This document shows positions 9,954-19,364 of a stretch of 64,000 bases of DNA, piece after piece; the first letter of the stretch is position 1, and every line of letters starts with the position of its first letter. This stretch comes from an uncultured Gemmatimonadota bacterium (GTDB lineage Bacteria; JAAXHH01), in NCBI GenBank assembly GCA_951812955.1, contig OX638340.1, positions 320,001 to 384,000 on the forward strand. Reading direction: 5' to 3'. The notes beneath the pieces are model-generated. The model saw only the letters and a program-made list of their open reading frames with translations. It was not told the origin of the DNA and did no database searches. A program made the position numbers and the translations under genes.

Positions 9954-10949
9954 ATGGGTCTGAATATCGCGGTGGTAGGTATGGGCGGCATAGGAAACAA
10001 CCATGCCCGGAACTACCAGGCACATGAAGCGTGCAAGGTCGTGGCCGTTTGCGACGCCCTGAAGGACAAGGCCGATCAGGCAGCGCAGGACTATGGCTGC
10101 AAGGCGTTCTACAGCGTCGGCGACCTGCTGAACAGCGGACTGAAGGTGGACGTGGCCAGCGTCTGCACCGCTGGCGTGGAGAACGGCGGGGATCACTACG
10201 AACCGACGATGGAACTGCTCGGTGGCGGCATCGCCGTGCTGGGCGAGAAGCCCATATCCAACGAGATCCCGAAGGCCAGGGAGATGGTCGCGCTGGCGCG
10301 GGATCGGGGCCTTCGCTACGGGATCAACCTGAACCACCGCTTCACGCCTGCCGCGCTGCGTGCGAAGGAGTGGGTCGAGGCAGACAGACTGGGCGAACTG
10401 AATATCATCAATATGACGATGTGGATCAACAACCCCAACGAGAGTTCGCCTCATTTCCACATGCGCGCGCTCCATCCCCATTCTATCGACGTGATGCGCT
10501 ATTTCTGCGGCGACGTGGAAAAGGTCCAGGCCTTCTTCAAGAAGGGCAGGGGCCGGAAGATCTGGTCCAACGTACAGGTAAACATGCTGTTCGAAAGCGG
10601 TGTTGTGGGTCACCTGACGGGAAGCTACGACGCCGGGGGCAGTTATGGACTGGAGACCTGTGAGGTCGTGGGCTCCGACGCACGTTTCGTCATACGCGAA
10701 GCCTGCGAGCAGCTGGAGTTCTATCCGCGACACTCCCGGGAAGTAGAAACTTTTCAATACCTGGGCGGTATGATGGGATTCTCCGAGACTTTCGGTTCGC
10801 GGATATCGCGCTGGATCGAACAGAACCTGGAAGGCACGGCGCCTGAGGAGATCGACGCCAAAGCCGAGGATGCCTTGCGCGCCCAGTTGATTATTGAGAG
10901 TGCCATTGAATCCTGGGATACCAATACCGTGGTGACGGTACAATACTAA
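9954..10949 (+). CDS. Gfo/Idh/MocA family NAD(P)-dependent oxidoreductase
   Basis: N-terminal Rossmann IAVVGMGGIGNNHARNY, conserved EKP motif (VLGEKPIS), about 330 aa. SD AAAGGAG 7 nt upstream. Confidence 0.85.
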   Translation: MGLNIAVVGMGGIGNNHARNYQAHEACKVVAVCDALKDKADQAAQDYGCKAFYSVGDLLNSGLKVDVASVCTAGVENGGDHYEPTMELLGGGIAVLGEKPISNEIPKAREMVALARDRGLRYGINLNHRFTPAALRAKEWVEADRLGELNIINMTMWINNPNESSPHFHMRALHPHSIDVMRYFCGDVEKVQAFFKKGRGRKIWSNVQVNMLFESGVVGHLTGSYDAGGSYGLETCEVVGSDARFVIREACEQLEFYPRHSREVETFQYLGGMMGFSETFGSRISRWIEQNLEGTAPEEIDAKAEDALRAQLIIESAIESWDTNTVVTVQY

Positions 10950-11063
10950 TGCCGTGGTGACGGTACCATACTTAACGAGAAACCGGACCATACCGCCCGT
11001 TCCGGTTATCGAGGGTCAGCCCGTTGCCCGTTCCAATGCGTGAAAAACACTAAAGGAGAGACC

Positions 11064-11861
11064 ATGAAACTCGGCGCCAACTCGGTACTGTTCGGTGGAT
11101 ACGACATGAAAACGGCTTTTAAATACATGGCCATGGCCGGGTATGATGGCATCGAAGTGTCTGCGATCAGCGGCATGAGCGAGCATCTCGTCCTGGCGGA
11201 CTGGCGGGCCATCGCGCCGGAGATACGACGGCTTTCGAAAGAGTATGACCTTGAACTGTTAGCCATGGAGCAGCCGTCTCAGGATGAGGACATCATGGAA
11301 GCCGCATTCCAGGCCGCGGCCGAGACGGGCATCCCGATCATCAACTGCGGACCCGGTGGAACTTCAGGCGACGAGGATAGCCTGCAGTCGTCCATTGACT
11401 CCCTTGGCCGGCTGGCGGACAGGGCGGAGACCTACGGTGTTACGCTCTGCGTCAAGGCCCACGTGGGCGCCAGTATTTTCGATACGCCAACGACGCTGCG
11501 GGCCATGGAAGCCATCTCCTCGCCTGCGTTCGGAATCGACATGGATCCGTCCCATATCCACCGCGCCGACGAGAACCCCGTGGAGGCCATCAAGGCGGTG
11601 CTTCCTCGCGTTCGGCACGTTCACATCCGCGACTGCAAGGGGCGTCAATCCGGTCCCGGCGCGCCGGAGGACCAGGCCAACGGCCGCGGCGATATCGACC
11701 TGGTTGGCTATGTGCGGGCCTTGCACGAAGGCGGGTTCGACGGGCCACTGAACCTCGAGGTCATCGGGGCAAAAGAGTATTCGCTCGAGCAGTGCTGCGT
11801 CATCGCCGCAGAGACCCGGGGACACATGCAGGCGTGCCTGCAGGCGTGCGGGGCAAGGTAA
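11064..11861 (+). CDS. sugar phosphate isomerase/epimerase (xylose isomerase-like TIM barrel)
   Basis: AP-endonuclease/XI-like TIM-barrel pattern (MKLGANSVLFG..., ...VRHVHIRD...). Perfect SD AAAGGAGAG precedes the ATG at 11064. The ORF-track GTG at 11040 is upstream. Confidence 0.8.
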   Translation: MKLGANSVLFGGYDMKTAFKYMAMAGYDGIEVSAISGMSEHLVLADWRAIAPEIRRLSKEYDLELLAMEQPSQDEDIMEAAFQAAAETGIPIINCGPGGTSGDEDSLQSSIDSLGRLADRAETYGVTLCVKAHVGASIFDTPTTLRAMEAISSPAFGIDMDPSHIHRADENPVEAIKAVLPRVRHVHIRDCKGRQSGPGAPEDQANGRGDIDLVGYVRALHEGGFDGPLNLEVIGAKEYSLEQCCVIAAETRGHMQACLQACGAR

Positions 11862-11890
11862 CGCAGACCACTATTCCGGAAAGGCGCAAC

Positions 11891-12994
11891 ATGAAAATCA
11901 CGAAGCTGGAGACGTTCCTGGTCAAACCCAGGTGGCTCTTTCTCAAGATACACACCGACGAGGGTCTGATAGGACTGGGCGAACCCATCCTGGAGGGTCG
12001 GGCGAAGACCTGCGCACAGGCCGTGGCGGAACTTGAGCCGTACCTGGTCGGGAAAGACCCTACGCGGGTGGTCCACCACTGGCAGGCCATGTACCGCCAC
12101 GCCTTCTACCGGGGTGGCCCGATCCTGACCAGCGCGCTCAGTGGGGTGGAGCAGGCGCTGTGGGACCTCGCAGGAAAGGCCCTGGGCGTGCCGGTCTACA
12201 AGCTGCTGGGCGGTCCCACGCGGGACCGGATCCGGCTATACAAGGGTGGCGGCGATCCAGCGACCATAAAAGACTGGATCGCCAAGGGTTTTACCTGCTT
12301 CAAGACCGGTCCGTACAAGGAACGCCCGTCCCGGATCATAGAAAACAAGGCGTTTATCGACACGGCAGCCGATCATTTCGCGCGATTACGGGAAGTCGCC
12401 GGTCCGGAAATCGACCTCGCCATCGACTTCCACGGCGCGATCAGCCCCCAGACGGCCAAGGTACTCATCAAGGAGCTCGAACCCTACCAGCCTTTCTTCG
12501 TGGAAGAGCCCGTCCAGTGCCAGAACGTCGACGTACTGGCCGAAATCGCACGCGGTACTCATCTGCCGATCGCCACGGGTGAACGCGTCTTCACCAAGTG
12601 GGGGTTCCGGGAGATATTGGAGAAGCAGGCCGCGTCCATTCTGCAGCCGGACCTGTGCCACGCGGGGGGCATCTTCGAAGTTAGACTGATCGCGGGCATG
12701 GCGGAGGCCTACTACGGTGGCATCGCGCCGCACAATCCCCTGGGGCCCATTTCTCTGGCAGCCTGCCTGCAATTGGACGCCTCGATCCCCAATTTCGTCG
12801 CCCAGGAGCACACCACGCTGGGCGAGGGATACCTGAAAAAGCCCTTTGTCTTCAGGGATGGATTCGTGGAACTGCCCACGGAACCGGGGCTCGGGATCGA
12901 ACTGGACGACGATGCCATGGAGGACAAGATCGACCACGACTGGCGGAACGGAGAGAGTTACCTGGCCGACGACGGATCCGTGGTGGACTGGTAG
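11891..12994 (+). CDS. enolase-superfamily dehydratase (mandelate racemase/muconate lactonizing family; D-galactonate dehydratase-like)
   Basis: MKITKLETFLV N-terminus typical of DgoD-type members, plus KxK and metal-ligand D/E/D region (IDFHG...FVEEP...). SD GGAAAGG. Confidence 0.85.
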   Translation: MKITKLETFLVKPRWLFLKIHTDEGLIGLGEPILEGRAKTCAQAVAELEPYLVGKDPTRVVHHWQAMYRHAFYRGGPILTSALSGVEQALWDLAGKALGVPVYKLLGGPTRDRIRLYKGGGDPATIKDWIAKGFTCFKTGPYKERPSRIIENKAFIDTAADHFARLREVAGPEIDLAIDFHGAISPQTAKVLIKELEPYQPFFVEEPVQCQNVDVLAEIARGTHLPIATGERVFTKWGFREILEKQAASILQPDLCHAGGIFEVRLIAGMAEAYYGGIAPHNPLGPISLAACLQLDASIPNFVAQEHTTLGEGYLKKPFVFRDGFVELPTEPGLGIELDDDAMEDKIDHDWRNGESYLADDGSVVDW

Positions 12995-13758
12995 AGGGAG
13001 CGAACAAGCCGGAAACCATCAGCTATGGCTGCCAGCGGGTCGGGAAGTCCGGGGTTCATTTCCAGGCTCACCGGACCGTCGTACCGGATTTTGACGAGGG
13101 CAGCCAGCGTATCCGTCAGTATAGCCTCGGAGAGTACACCGTCGAGCAGGGCCCAGTGGAGATCGGACGCGCCGTCGTTGTCGTCGAGATGGAAGTAGCC
13201 CAGTCGGTCACCCGCCTTTTCAACCGCTTCGGCGGGATCTTCCTGCGAAATCTGTGCGTGCCCGATGTCGAACAGCAAGTACAGGTTGTCGTTCCCCAGT
13301 TTCGCGATGAACCCAAGGGTGTCGCGCACCGTCGGCAGGGCCTTACCCGGAAAATGCTCGATGCACAGTTTGATGCCGTATCCTGCGGCGATGCCGGCGA
13401 GTTCGGCCACGGACTCCCCGTACCTGTTCAGCGACTCACCACCATCATTCTCTCCGGGCAGCAGGTAGGCCCTTCGGATGCCGGTCTCATGGGCATATTC
13501 AAGGGCTCGCATGGTATACTCAACGGCCGCGTCGCGGGCGTCGGCATCAGCCGCGTCCAGCGCCGCGCCTTCCGGCATGCCGAAACCCGTCGCCATGCAC
13601 GTGGGCGTGAGCTCGAGTTCGGAGATCAGGCGGCAGGATTCGGCGGATCTGAAATCAAAGGGGCGATGGTCGATATGGCGCAGACCCGTCGAGGCAATCG
13701 CATTCAACACGTCCGCTTCCGATCCCCCTAGTGCCCAGGTGCAGCATGAAATCGTCAT
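12958..13758 (-). CDS. sugar phosphate isomerase/epimerase (xylose isomerase-like TIM barrel)
   Basis: XI-like TIM-barrel motifs (LCIEHFPG..., LFDIGHAQI..., GYFHLDDNDG). The ATGA start overlaps the stop of the upstream aldolase (translational coupling). Its 3' end overlaps the convergent dehydratase gene by 37 nt. Confidence 0.8.
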   Translation of the reverse strand: MTISCCTWALGGSEADVLNAIASTGLRHIDHRPFDFRSAESCRLISELELTPTCMATGFGMPEGAALDAADADARDAAVEYTMRALEYAHETGIRRAYLLPGENDGGESLNRYGESVAELAGIAAGYGIKLCIEHFPGKALPTVRDTLGFIAKLGNDNLYLLFDIGHAQISQEDPAEAVEKAGDRLGYFHLDDNDGASDLHWALLDGVLSEAILTDTLAALVKIRYDGPVSLEMNPGLPDPLAAIADGFRLVRSLYQSTTDPSSAR

Positions 13759-14537
13759 GACCCGTCCAGGGCCTTGCGCATCTCGTCGCCCTCACGACCC
13801 CAGTAACCGTGCAAAATATGCACGTCCGTGCCGATGCAGAAGTGACGCACGCCCAGATCCAGGTAGTACCGGGCATCGTCCGCGGTATTGATTTCCGCAC
13901 GGGGGTTTCTGCCCGCGGCCAGAGACTTTTCGAGTACCACGCGTTCGACGCTTTTCACTGCTTCTCTCTGACCGATCTTGCCCACGTTGACGGAATAGTC
14001 GGCCGGCCCCCACTGGATCATGTCGATCCCGTCTATTTCGAGGATTTCGTCGAGGTGGTCCACCGCGGGTCCTTTTTCGATCATCACCGCCACGACGATC
14101 TCATCCAGGGCGTTAACGTAATCCTGGCCGCCGCCGTACCCCATGTAGGAGAACCGACGGGTCGCCACACCATAGGTTCCCCGGGAATCGGGCGTATCCG
14201 GCCGTGCGATTTCCACGCAGGCACGGAATTCGTCCGGGGTCCGGCAGTCGGCGAAGAGCACGCTCTGAAATCCGGAACCGATGGCTCTTTGTGCGAGGAA
14301 CCCCCGCGGCTCCTGGTCGACTTTAATCATCATACCGAGATCGTGCAATTCCGCGGCGCGGCCGAGGTTGTCCAGGTCGTGGAGATCGTAGGGACCGTAC
14401 TCTCCCACGAATTCGACGTAATCGTACCGGCCGGTGTGTCCCACGAGTTCGACCACGGAGGGCCACACCGTATGTATATGGGTGGCCAGGGAGGGCTGCC
14501 CATCGTTCAGAATGCTCCTGAGCCTGTTCGGTCGCAT
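13755..14537 (-). CDS. HpcH/HpaI family aldolase (2-keto-3-deoxy sugar acid aldolase-like)
   Basis: HpcH/HpaI fold pattern: N-terminal RLRSILNDGQPSLATHIHTVWPSVVEL, DYVEF(V)GE, and C-terminal metal-binding region. About 260 aa. Confidence 0.85.
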   Translation of the reverse strand: MRPNRLRSILNDGQPSLATHIHTVWPSVVELVGHTGRYDYVEFVGEYGPYDLHDLDNLGRAAELHDLGMMIKVDQEPRGFLAQRAIGSGFQSVLFADCRTPDEFRACVEIARPDTPDSRGTYGVATRRFSYMGYGGGQDYVNALDEIVVAVMIEKGPAVDHLDEILEIDGIDMIQWGPADYSVNVGKIGQREAVKSVERVVLEKSLAAGRNPRAEINTADDARYYLDLGVRHFCIGTDVHILHGYWGREGDEMRKALDGS

Positions 14538-14600
14538 TGGTTTCTCTAGCCTTTCCGTTTTTCGGGTTGTCGATACCAGGTTTACACAAACCAGGCATGT

Positions 14601-15164
14601 CTATGCTTTTTTCGACTTCAGTGCTTCGAAGGCCGCTATAGCCTCGCCCGCCCATTCGATATGCATCTGGATCATGGAAATCTCCCGTTGCAGTGAAAGG
14701 GCGTAATGCAGAGAAGACTCGGTCCGCGCTCTGGTTTCCGATTTGAGGATGCTGAAATAAGTCTTGGCCTTACGACGAAAGTCCGTAAGAAACCGAAGGG
14801 TTTCCGGGTCGCTTGCGGTTTCTTCCATGAACCGGAACCTGAGCATCAACTCGGAAAGGTTGTCCCTGATATCAGATACGGCGAGCCGCTTGAGCAGCCA
14901 CGCGTGAAGCGTCTTCTTGCCTTTCTCGGTCAGGTGGAATACTTCTCTCGGCTTCAGCCGTGAGCGGTGGAAGATCTCGCTGTCGATAAACCCGTTTTTT
15001 TTCAGTAACTGAAGCGCGGGGTAGATTGAACCCGGGCTGCTGCTGAAGTTTCCCAGGGACGTCGTCTCCATCTCCATGCGGACGTCGTAGCCCGATCGGG
15101 GTAGCTGATTCAGCAACCCCAGCAGGACATATCCGAGTAGGGTGGGTGAGTACTGTCTGGCCAT
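14601..15164 (-). CDS. PadR family transcriptional regulator
   Basis: PadR winged-helix signature (LLGYVLLGLLNQLPRSGYDV...GSIYPALQLLKKNGFI), about 190 aa with a C-terminal dimerisation helix. First gene of a minus-strand operon with the aldolase and TIM barrel. Confidence 0.85.
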   Translation of the reverse strand: MARQYSPTLLGYVLLGLLNQLPRSGYDVRMEMETTSLGNFSSSPGSIYPALQLLKKNGFIDSEIFHRSRLKPREVFHLTEKGKKTLHAWLLKRLAVSDIRDNLSELMLRFRFMEETASDPETLRFLTDFRRKAKTYFSILKSETRARTESSLHYALSLQREISMIQMHIEWAGEAIAAFEALKSKKA

Positions 15165-15359
15165 AGTGTAATATGGAAAGAAATAGTACGAACCGTTCTA
15201 TATAAATATACAAAGATAGCACATATTCGCCAAGCACAAAAAGTCCGGCCGGCAGAAACGAGCGACTTGGATCCCAATTCTGCAGGGATCCGATTTGCGT
15301 AATTCCAGTATTTCGGCTGTAATGACAGGGTCTGGTGCTACTTGCTTGTTACGTGCTTA

Positions 15360-16181
15360 CTACGGGTCATCCGTGGTCTGCTGCTGTCGCCAGACCTCGA
15401 ACTCGGCCGTCATTTCGGGAGTCCACTCGCGGTCGATCTCGCCAGGCGTGTAGTGGCCCTCCCGTAGTTGCTGGTGACCCCAGGCGTCCCGCATCCTGGT
15501 TTCTTCCGATTCGACGACGACTTGTTCCGCCAGGTGCGGCGGAATGAAAATGACCCCTTCCCGCGTACCTAATACGATATCGCCTGGTACACAGGTGGCC
15601 TCGAGTCCGATACGCACGGGTACATTTATGCCGAGCAGGGTTACGTCCGCGATGGCCGTGGGATCGACGCCGCGGATGTAGGAGACCATGGGTATCTCGT
15701 ATAGCCTCTGCAGGTCCCGGATTCCTCCGTCGATGACCATGCCGTTGCCGGTCTTGGCATAGATGGAATTACCGAGGTTGTCGCCTGCAAAGGTTCCGAA
15801 CTTGACCTTGCCGAACAGGTCGATGACGATCACGTCGTTGGGTTCGAGCGTATCGATCACCCAGGAGTTCTGGCCGCCAATGCAGCCATGTTTCGCCCCT
15901 TCGGCCTGAATAGCCGTTTCCAGGTCGGGCCGGGTAGGCACGTAGACGCCGGTTACCGCGCGGCCGACCAGGGTACGGTCCGGATGGAGGATCTGCCAGT
16001 CTCCTGCGAACTGGTGGTTGTATCCCTTCCCTCCGATGACGCCCCAGGCTTCCTCGATGGTCACCTTCTTCATCCGCTCAAGAATGCCGTCGGGTACGAC
16101 GGGGCGTCCGTCCGGACCCCGTTCGCCGTCCCACTGCGTGGTGACGGCTCGCGTGAACTCCGGACTGTTCAGACCGATCAT
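15360..16181 (-). CDS. RraA family protein (RraA/MenG fold; putative 4-hydroxy-2-oxoacid aldolase-type)
   Basis: RraA-family core: GDVIVIDLFG...AGDNLGNS...GMVIDGGIRD...PMVSYIRG...NVPVRIGLEATCVPGDIVLGTREGVIFIP. Confidence 0.8.
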   Translation of the reverse strand: MIGLNSPEFTRAVTTQWDGERGPDGRPVVPDGILERMKKVTIEEAWGVIGGKGYNHQFAGDWQILHPDRTLVGRAVTGVYVPTRPDLETAIQAEGAKHGCIGGQNSWVIDTLEPNDVIVIDLFGKVKFGTFAGDNLGNSIYAKTGNGMVIDGGIRDLQRLYEIPMVSYIRGVDPTAIADVTLLGINVPVRIGLEATCVPGDIVLGTREGVIFIPPHLAEQVVVESEETRMRDAWGHQQLREGHYTPGEIDREWTPEMTAEFEVWRQQQTTDDP

Positions 16182-16247
16182 GTATGGCTCCTGTCTCCCT
16201 GGAGGTCGTCGGGTATATGGGCCGTACCACCCTGAATCGCGGTTTCG

Positions 16248-17072
16248 TCAGTTAGAAGTTCTGGCTCCCAGGGTTTTCAGGTCGATAAATGGCATGGATT
16301 GGCCAATGACCTGCGGGAAGTGACCGTCCCATTTCTCGATCGCCCGCAGTTGCAGCAGGGTCGGAGTAATCGTGGCACGCTGCAAACGCTGGGACTCGGC
16401 CTCCGCCTCGGCAGATGCGATTTTCTGCTCGGCTTCAATACGGATCCGCTCAAGGTCACGCTGGGCCTTAAGGGCCTGCTGCTCGGCCATCTGCTTGGCT
16501 TCGATCGCCGTGTTGAAGTTGTTGGAGAAAGCAAAATCGACAATGTTGAACTCGTCCACGATCATGTTGAAGTTCAGGAGCCGTTGCGTGAGGGAAGCCT
16601 TGATCTCATCCTTGACGACCTCGCGGCGCGTAATCAGTTCCTCCGCGGTGTACTGTGCGGACACCGCTTTGACGGCCTCCTGGACAGCGGGATCGATAAC
16701 ACGCTCCTTGAAGAAAATGCCGATTTCCTGGTAGACCGTATTAACCTGACCCGGATCTACGTGGTAGTTCAACGCGATGGTGGACGAAACCGTCTGCAGG
16801 TCCTTGGTAGAGGCCGTGGCGGCGGTCTCCGCCTTCTTGATCTTGACGTCGACAGGAATCACGTCTTCGATAAAGGGCGTCTTGAATCTTATTCCTTCGT
16901 CGAGGATCCGTTCCTGCACGCCACCGATCTTGCTGAATACTACCCCGCGCTCGCCGGCGCCGATCACGGCGTAAGAATTGTACAGCACCAACAGTACGAA
17001 GATACCGATGGCGATCTTCAGATAGGGGATGTTGCTGCCGGGAAGCTGCTCCCGGATATCGTAGTCAGACAT
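16248..17072 (-). CDS. SPFH/band-7 (prohibitin/HflKC-like) membrane protein
   Basis: N-terminal TM (IAIGIFVLLVLYNSYAVIG), then the SPFH core and a C-terminal coiled-coil rich in A/E/Q. Strong SD GGAGGAG. Confidence 0.85.
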   Translation of the reverse strand: MSDYDIREQLPGSNIPYLKIAIGIFVLLVLYNSYAVIGAGERGVVFSKIGGVQERILDEGIRFKTPFIEDVIPVDVKIKKAETAATASTKDLQTVSSTIALNYHVDPGQVNTVYQEIGIFFKERVIDPAVQEAVKAVSAQYTAEELITRREVVKDEIKASLTQRLLNFNMIVDEFNIVDFAFSNNFNTAIEAKQMAEQQALKAQRDLERIRIEAEQKIASAEAEAESQRLQRATITPTLLQLRAIEKWDGHFPQVIGQSMPFIDLKTLGARTSN

Positions 17073-17125
17073 TTCTACTCCTCCTTAAACTTGATGGAAT
17101 AACGAGATGACTCGTTGAAGTGGTT

Positions 17126-18154
17126 TCAGGCGTTTATCTGAATCAACACTTTCAGGGAATCCCGGGCGGCGGCGGTGACCTCCATGCCCCGCCGCGTCTC
17201 CGACAATGGAAAGCGGTGGGTAACGACCTGGTCGGAAGTCACCACACCTGCTTCGATCAGGTCCAGCGCCATGCGGGTGTCGTGCGGACCGCAGGAATAG
17301 CTGCACACGATCGATACATCTTTAAAGTACAGGTCATAGGGCTTGAAGGCAAGCACATCCTCCTCGGGTGAAGACATGAATAGCAGGACGATTCCTCCTT
17401 TGCCCACGCAAGTCAGGCCGGTCTGCATCGCGGGGATGCTCCCCGGGCCGACGATGACCGCGTCGGCCATGACGCCGTCCGTAATTTCATGCACCGACTC
17501 GGCCAGATCATGCTCACGCACATCCACTGTGTGGTCCATGCCGAGTTCGAGCGCTTTATTCAGCCGATAGGGTACCCTGTCGGCGCCGATGACGGTCTTT
17601 GCCCCGTAGTGTCGGGCCACGATCCCGTTCAACATTCCCATGAGGCCCAGTCCGATGACGAGTACGATGTCGCCAGGGCGGATGCGGGCGCGTTCGATCG
17701 CCTTCACGGAACAGGCCACGGGCTCGATCAGGGCTCCGTCGTCGAAGGATACCGGGTCCGGCAGAACCAGGGTGTCATAGCGGAGATTGATCTCCGGGAC
17801 CCGGACGTACTCGGCCGCGCCGCCGGGGTCGAGCCGGGTTTCCTTCCAGGTGGCGCACATGGTGAAATTGCCGCGGCGGCAATGCCGGCACCTGTAGCAG
17901 GGCGCATGGTGGTGAATGAACACCCTGTCTCCCACGGACAGCCCTACCACCTCGTCGCCCAGTGCTTCGATGACACCGGTCGGTTCGTGTCCAATGACGA
18001 TGGGCGCCTTCCGCCGGATGTACCAGGGCGTTACGTCTCCGCTGCAGATTCCGCAACTGTGCATCTTCACCAGGGCGTCCCGCTCCGTGATGGCCGGCGT
18101 GTCCATTTCCTCGATACGGATATCGTCGATATCGTAGATTTTGGCGGCTTTCAT
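17126..18154 (-). CDS. zinc-dependent alcohol dehydrogenase (MDR family; threonine/sorbitol dehydrogenase-like)
   Basis: Catalytic zinc CGICSGD...GHE, structural zinc CxxCxxCxxxxxxxC (CYRCRHCRRGNFTMC), Rossmann VIGLGLMG. Confidence 0.9.
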   Translation of the reverse strand: MKAAKIYDIDDIRIEEMDTPAITERDALVKMHSCGICSGDVTPWYIRRKAPIVIGHEPTGVIEALGDEVVGLSVGDRVFIHHHAPCYRCRHCRRGNFTMCATWKETRLDPGGAAEYVRVPEINLRYDTLVLPDPVSFDDGALIEPVACSVKAIERARIRPGDIVLVIGLGLMGMLNGIVARHYGAKTVIGADRVPYRLNKALELGMDHTVDVREHDLAESVHEITDGVMADAVIVGPGSIPAMQTGLTCVGKGGIVLLFMSSPEEDVLAFKPYDLYFKDVSIVCSYSCGPHDTRMALDLIEAGVVTSDQVVTHRFPLSETRRGMEVTAAARDSLKVLIQINA

Positions 18155-18172
18155 GGGCGGCGCCCCCGGGGA

Positions 18173-19201
18173 TCAGGGAATGATCGCGAACTTCATCGTA
18201 TTACTCCCCAGGAAGTTCCGAAAGGCCTCCGGCACCTCTTCCAGCGTACGATCGCCGGTGATCAGGGGCGTGACGTCGAGTCGTCCGTCCGCGAGGAGTT
18301 GGTAGGATCTGCGGACTGCTTCCGGGGTATAGTGAAAAACGCCCTTCAGGGTGATCTGGTCGTAATGTAGCCTGGTGGTGTCATAGGTAACCGTCGTGCC
18401 GCCGGGGCACCCTCCGAAAAGGACGACGCAGCCGCCCCTGCCGACCATGGTGACAGCTTCTTCCCAGACGGCCGGCAGCCCGGTGCACTCGAAGACGACA
18501 GGCGATCCGTGGCCCCCTGTGGCTTCCAGCACTGCTTCGGTGGCATGCTCCCTTTCACTGTTGATGACGAGGTCCGCCCCGACCTTCCTTGCCGTCTCGA
18601 GACGGTAGTCGTGACGCCCCGAGACGATTACCTGCTTCACGCCCATTTCCTTCAGCACCATGACGTGCAACAACCCGATGGCGCCGGCACCGATGACGAC
18701 CGCTGAGTCAGAAGTTGCATCGGGCGCCTGCCCTATGCCGTAGACCACGCAGGACAGCGGCTCCAGCATGGCTGCCTCGCGATAGTCCAGTCCATCGGGC
18801 TTGGGATACATGTTCGCGTCGACGACCGTGGCCGGAACCCGCAGGAATTCGGCGTACGCGCCCAGGGCCATCGTCTCTGTCAGATGCGGACACAGGTTCT
18901 GAAGCGATCTGTCGCAGTAGAAACACTCCCCGCAAGGCGCCGTATGTACAGACATCACGGGTTGCCCGACGGAAAATTGCTCCACCCTGTTACCTTTGTC
19001 GGCAATCACCCCCGAAAACTCGTGGCCGAACAGCGTCGGGGGCGGCATGAGGTGGTGCCCTCGCCGGTATGCCTTCAGATCGGTACCGCAGGTCAAAGCG
19101 GACTTGACCGCCACGACCACGTCGTCCGGCCCCGCGACGGGCATGTCGACGTCGTCGCGGGTTTCTATCCGTCCGGGTTCAACTAGCACACATGCACGCA
19201 T
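18173..19201 (-). CDS. zinc-dependent alcohol dehydrogenase (MDR family)
   Basis: CGTDLKAY...GHEFSG catalytic zinc site, structural zinc CGECFYCDRSLQNLC, Rossmann VIGAGAIG. Tandem paralogue of the preceding gene. Confidence 0.9.
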   Translation of the reverse strand: MRACVLVEPGRIETRDDVDMPVAGPDDVVVAVKSALTCGTDLKAYRRGHHLMPPPTLFGHEFSGVIADKGNRVEQFSVGQPVMSVHTAPCGECFYCDRSLQNLCPHLTETMALGAYAEFLRVPATVVDANMYPKPDGLDYREAAMLEPLSCVVYGIGQAPDATSDSAVVIGAGAIGLLHVMVLKEMGVKQVIVSGRHDYRLETARKVGADLVINSEREHATEAVLEATGGHGSPVVFECTGLPAVWEEAVTMVGRGGCVVLFGGCPGGTTVTYDTTRLHYDQITLKGVFHYTPEAVRRSYQLLADGRLDVTPLITGDRTLEEVPEAFRNFLGSNTMKFAIIP

Positions 19202-19364
19202 AGGTATTTATCCGTAACTGCCGGTACGATCGCCCTGAACGGAAACTCCTTACCATATAAGACGAATAGACCACGATCCGGGTTTCACGGACGCCTATTA
19301 TACGTCCTGGGCGAAGTAAGCGCAAGGACAGGCGATCCACGCATATCAAAAAGGAATTCCAGGG

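Noticed and set aside
15165-15359. PadR operator palindrome in AT-rich region upstream of padR
   Set aside because: Only a short 4+1+4 palindrome (GAACcGTTC) was found. It is too short to assert as an autoregulatory site.
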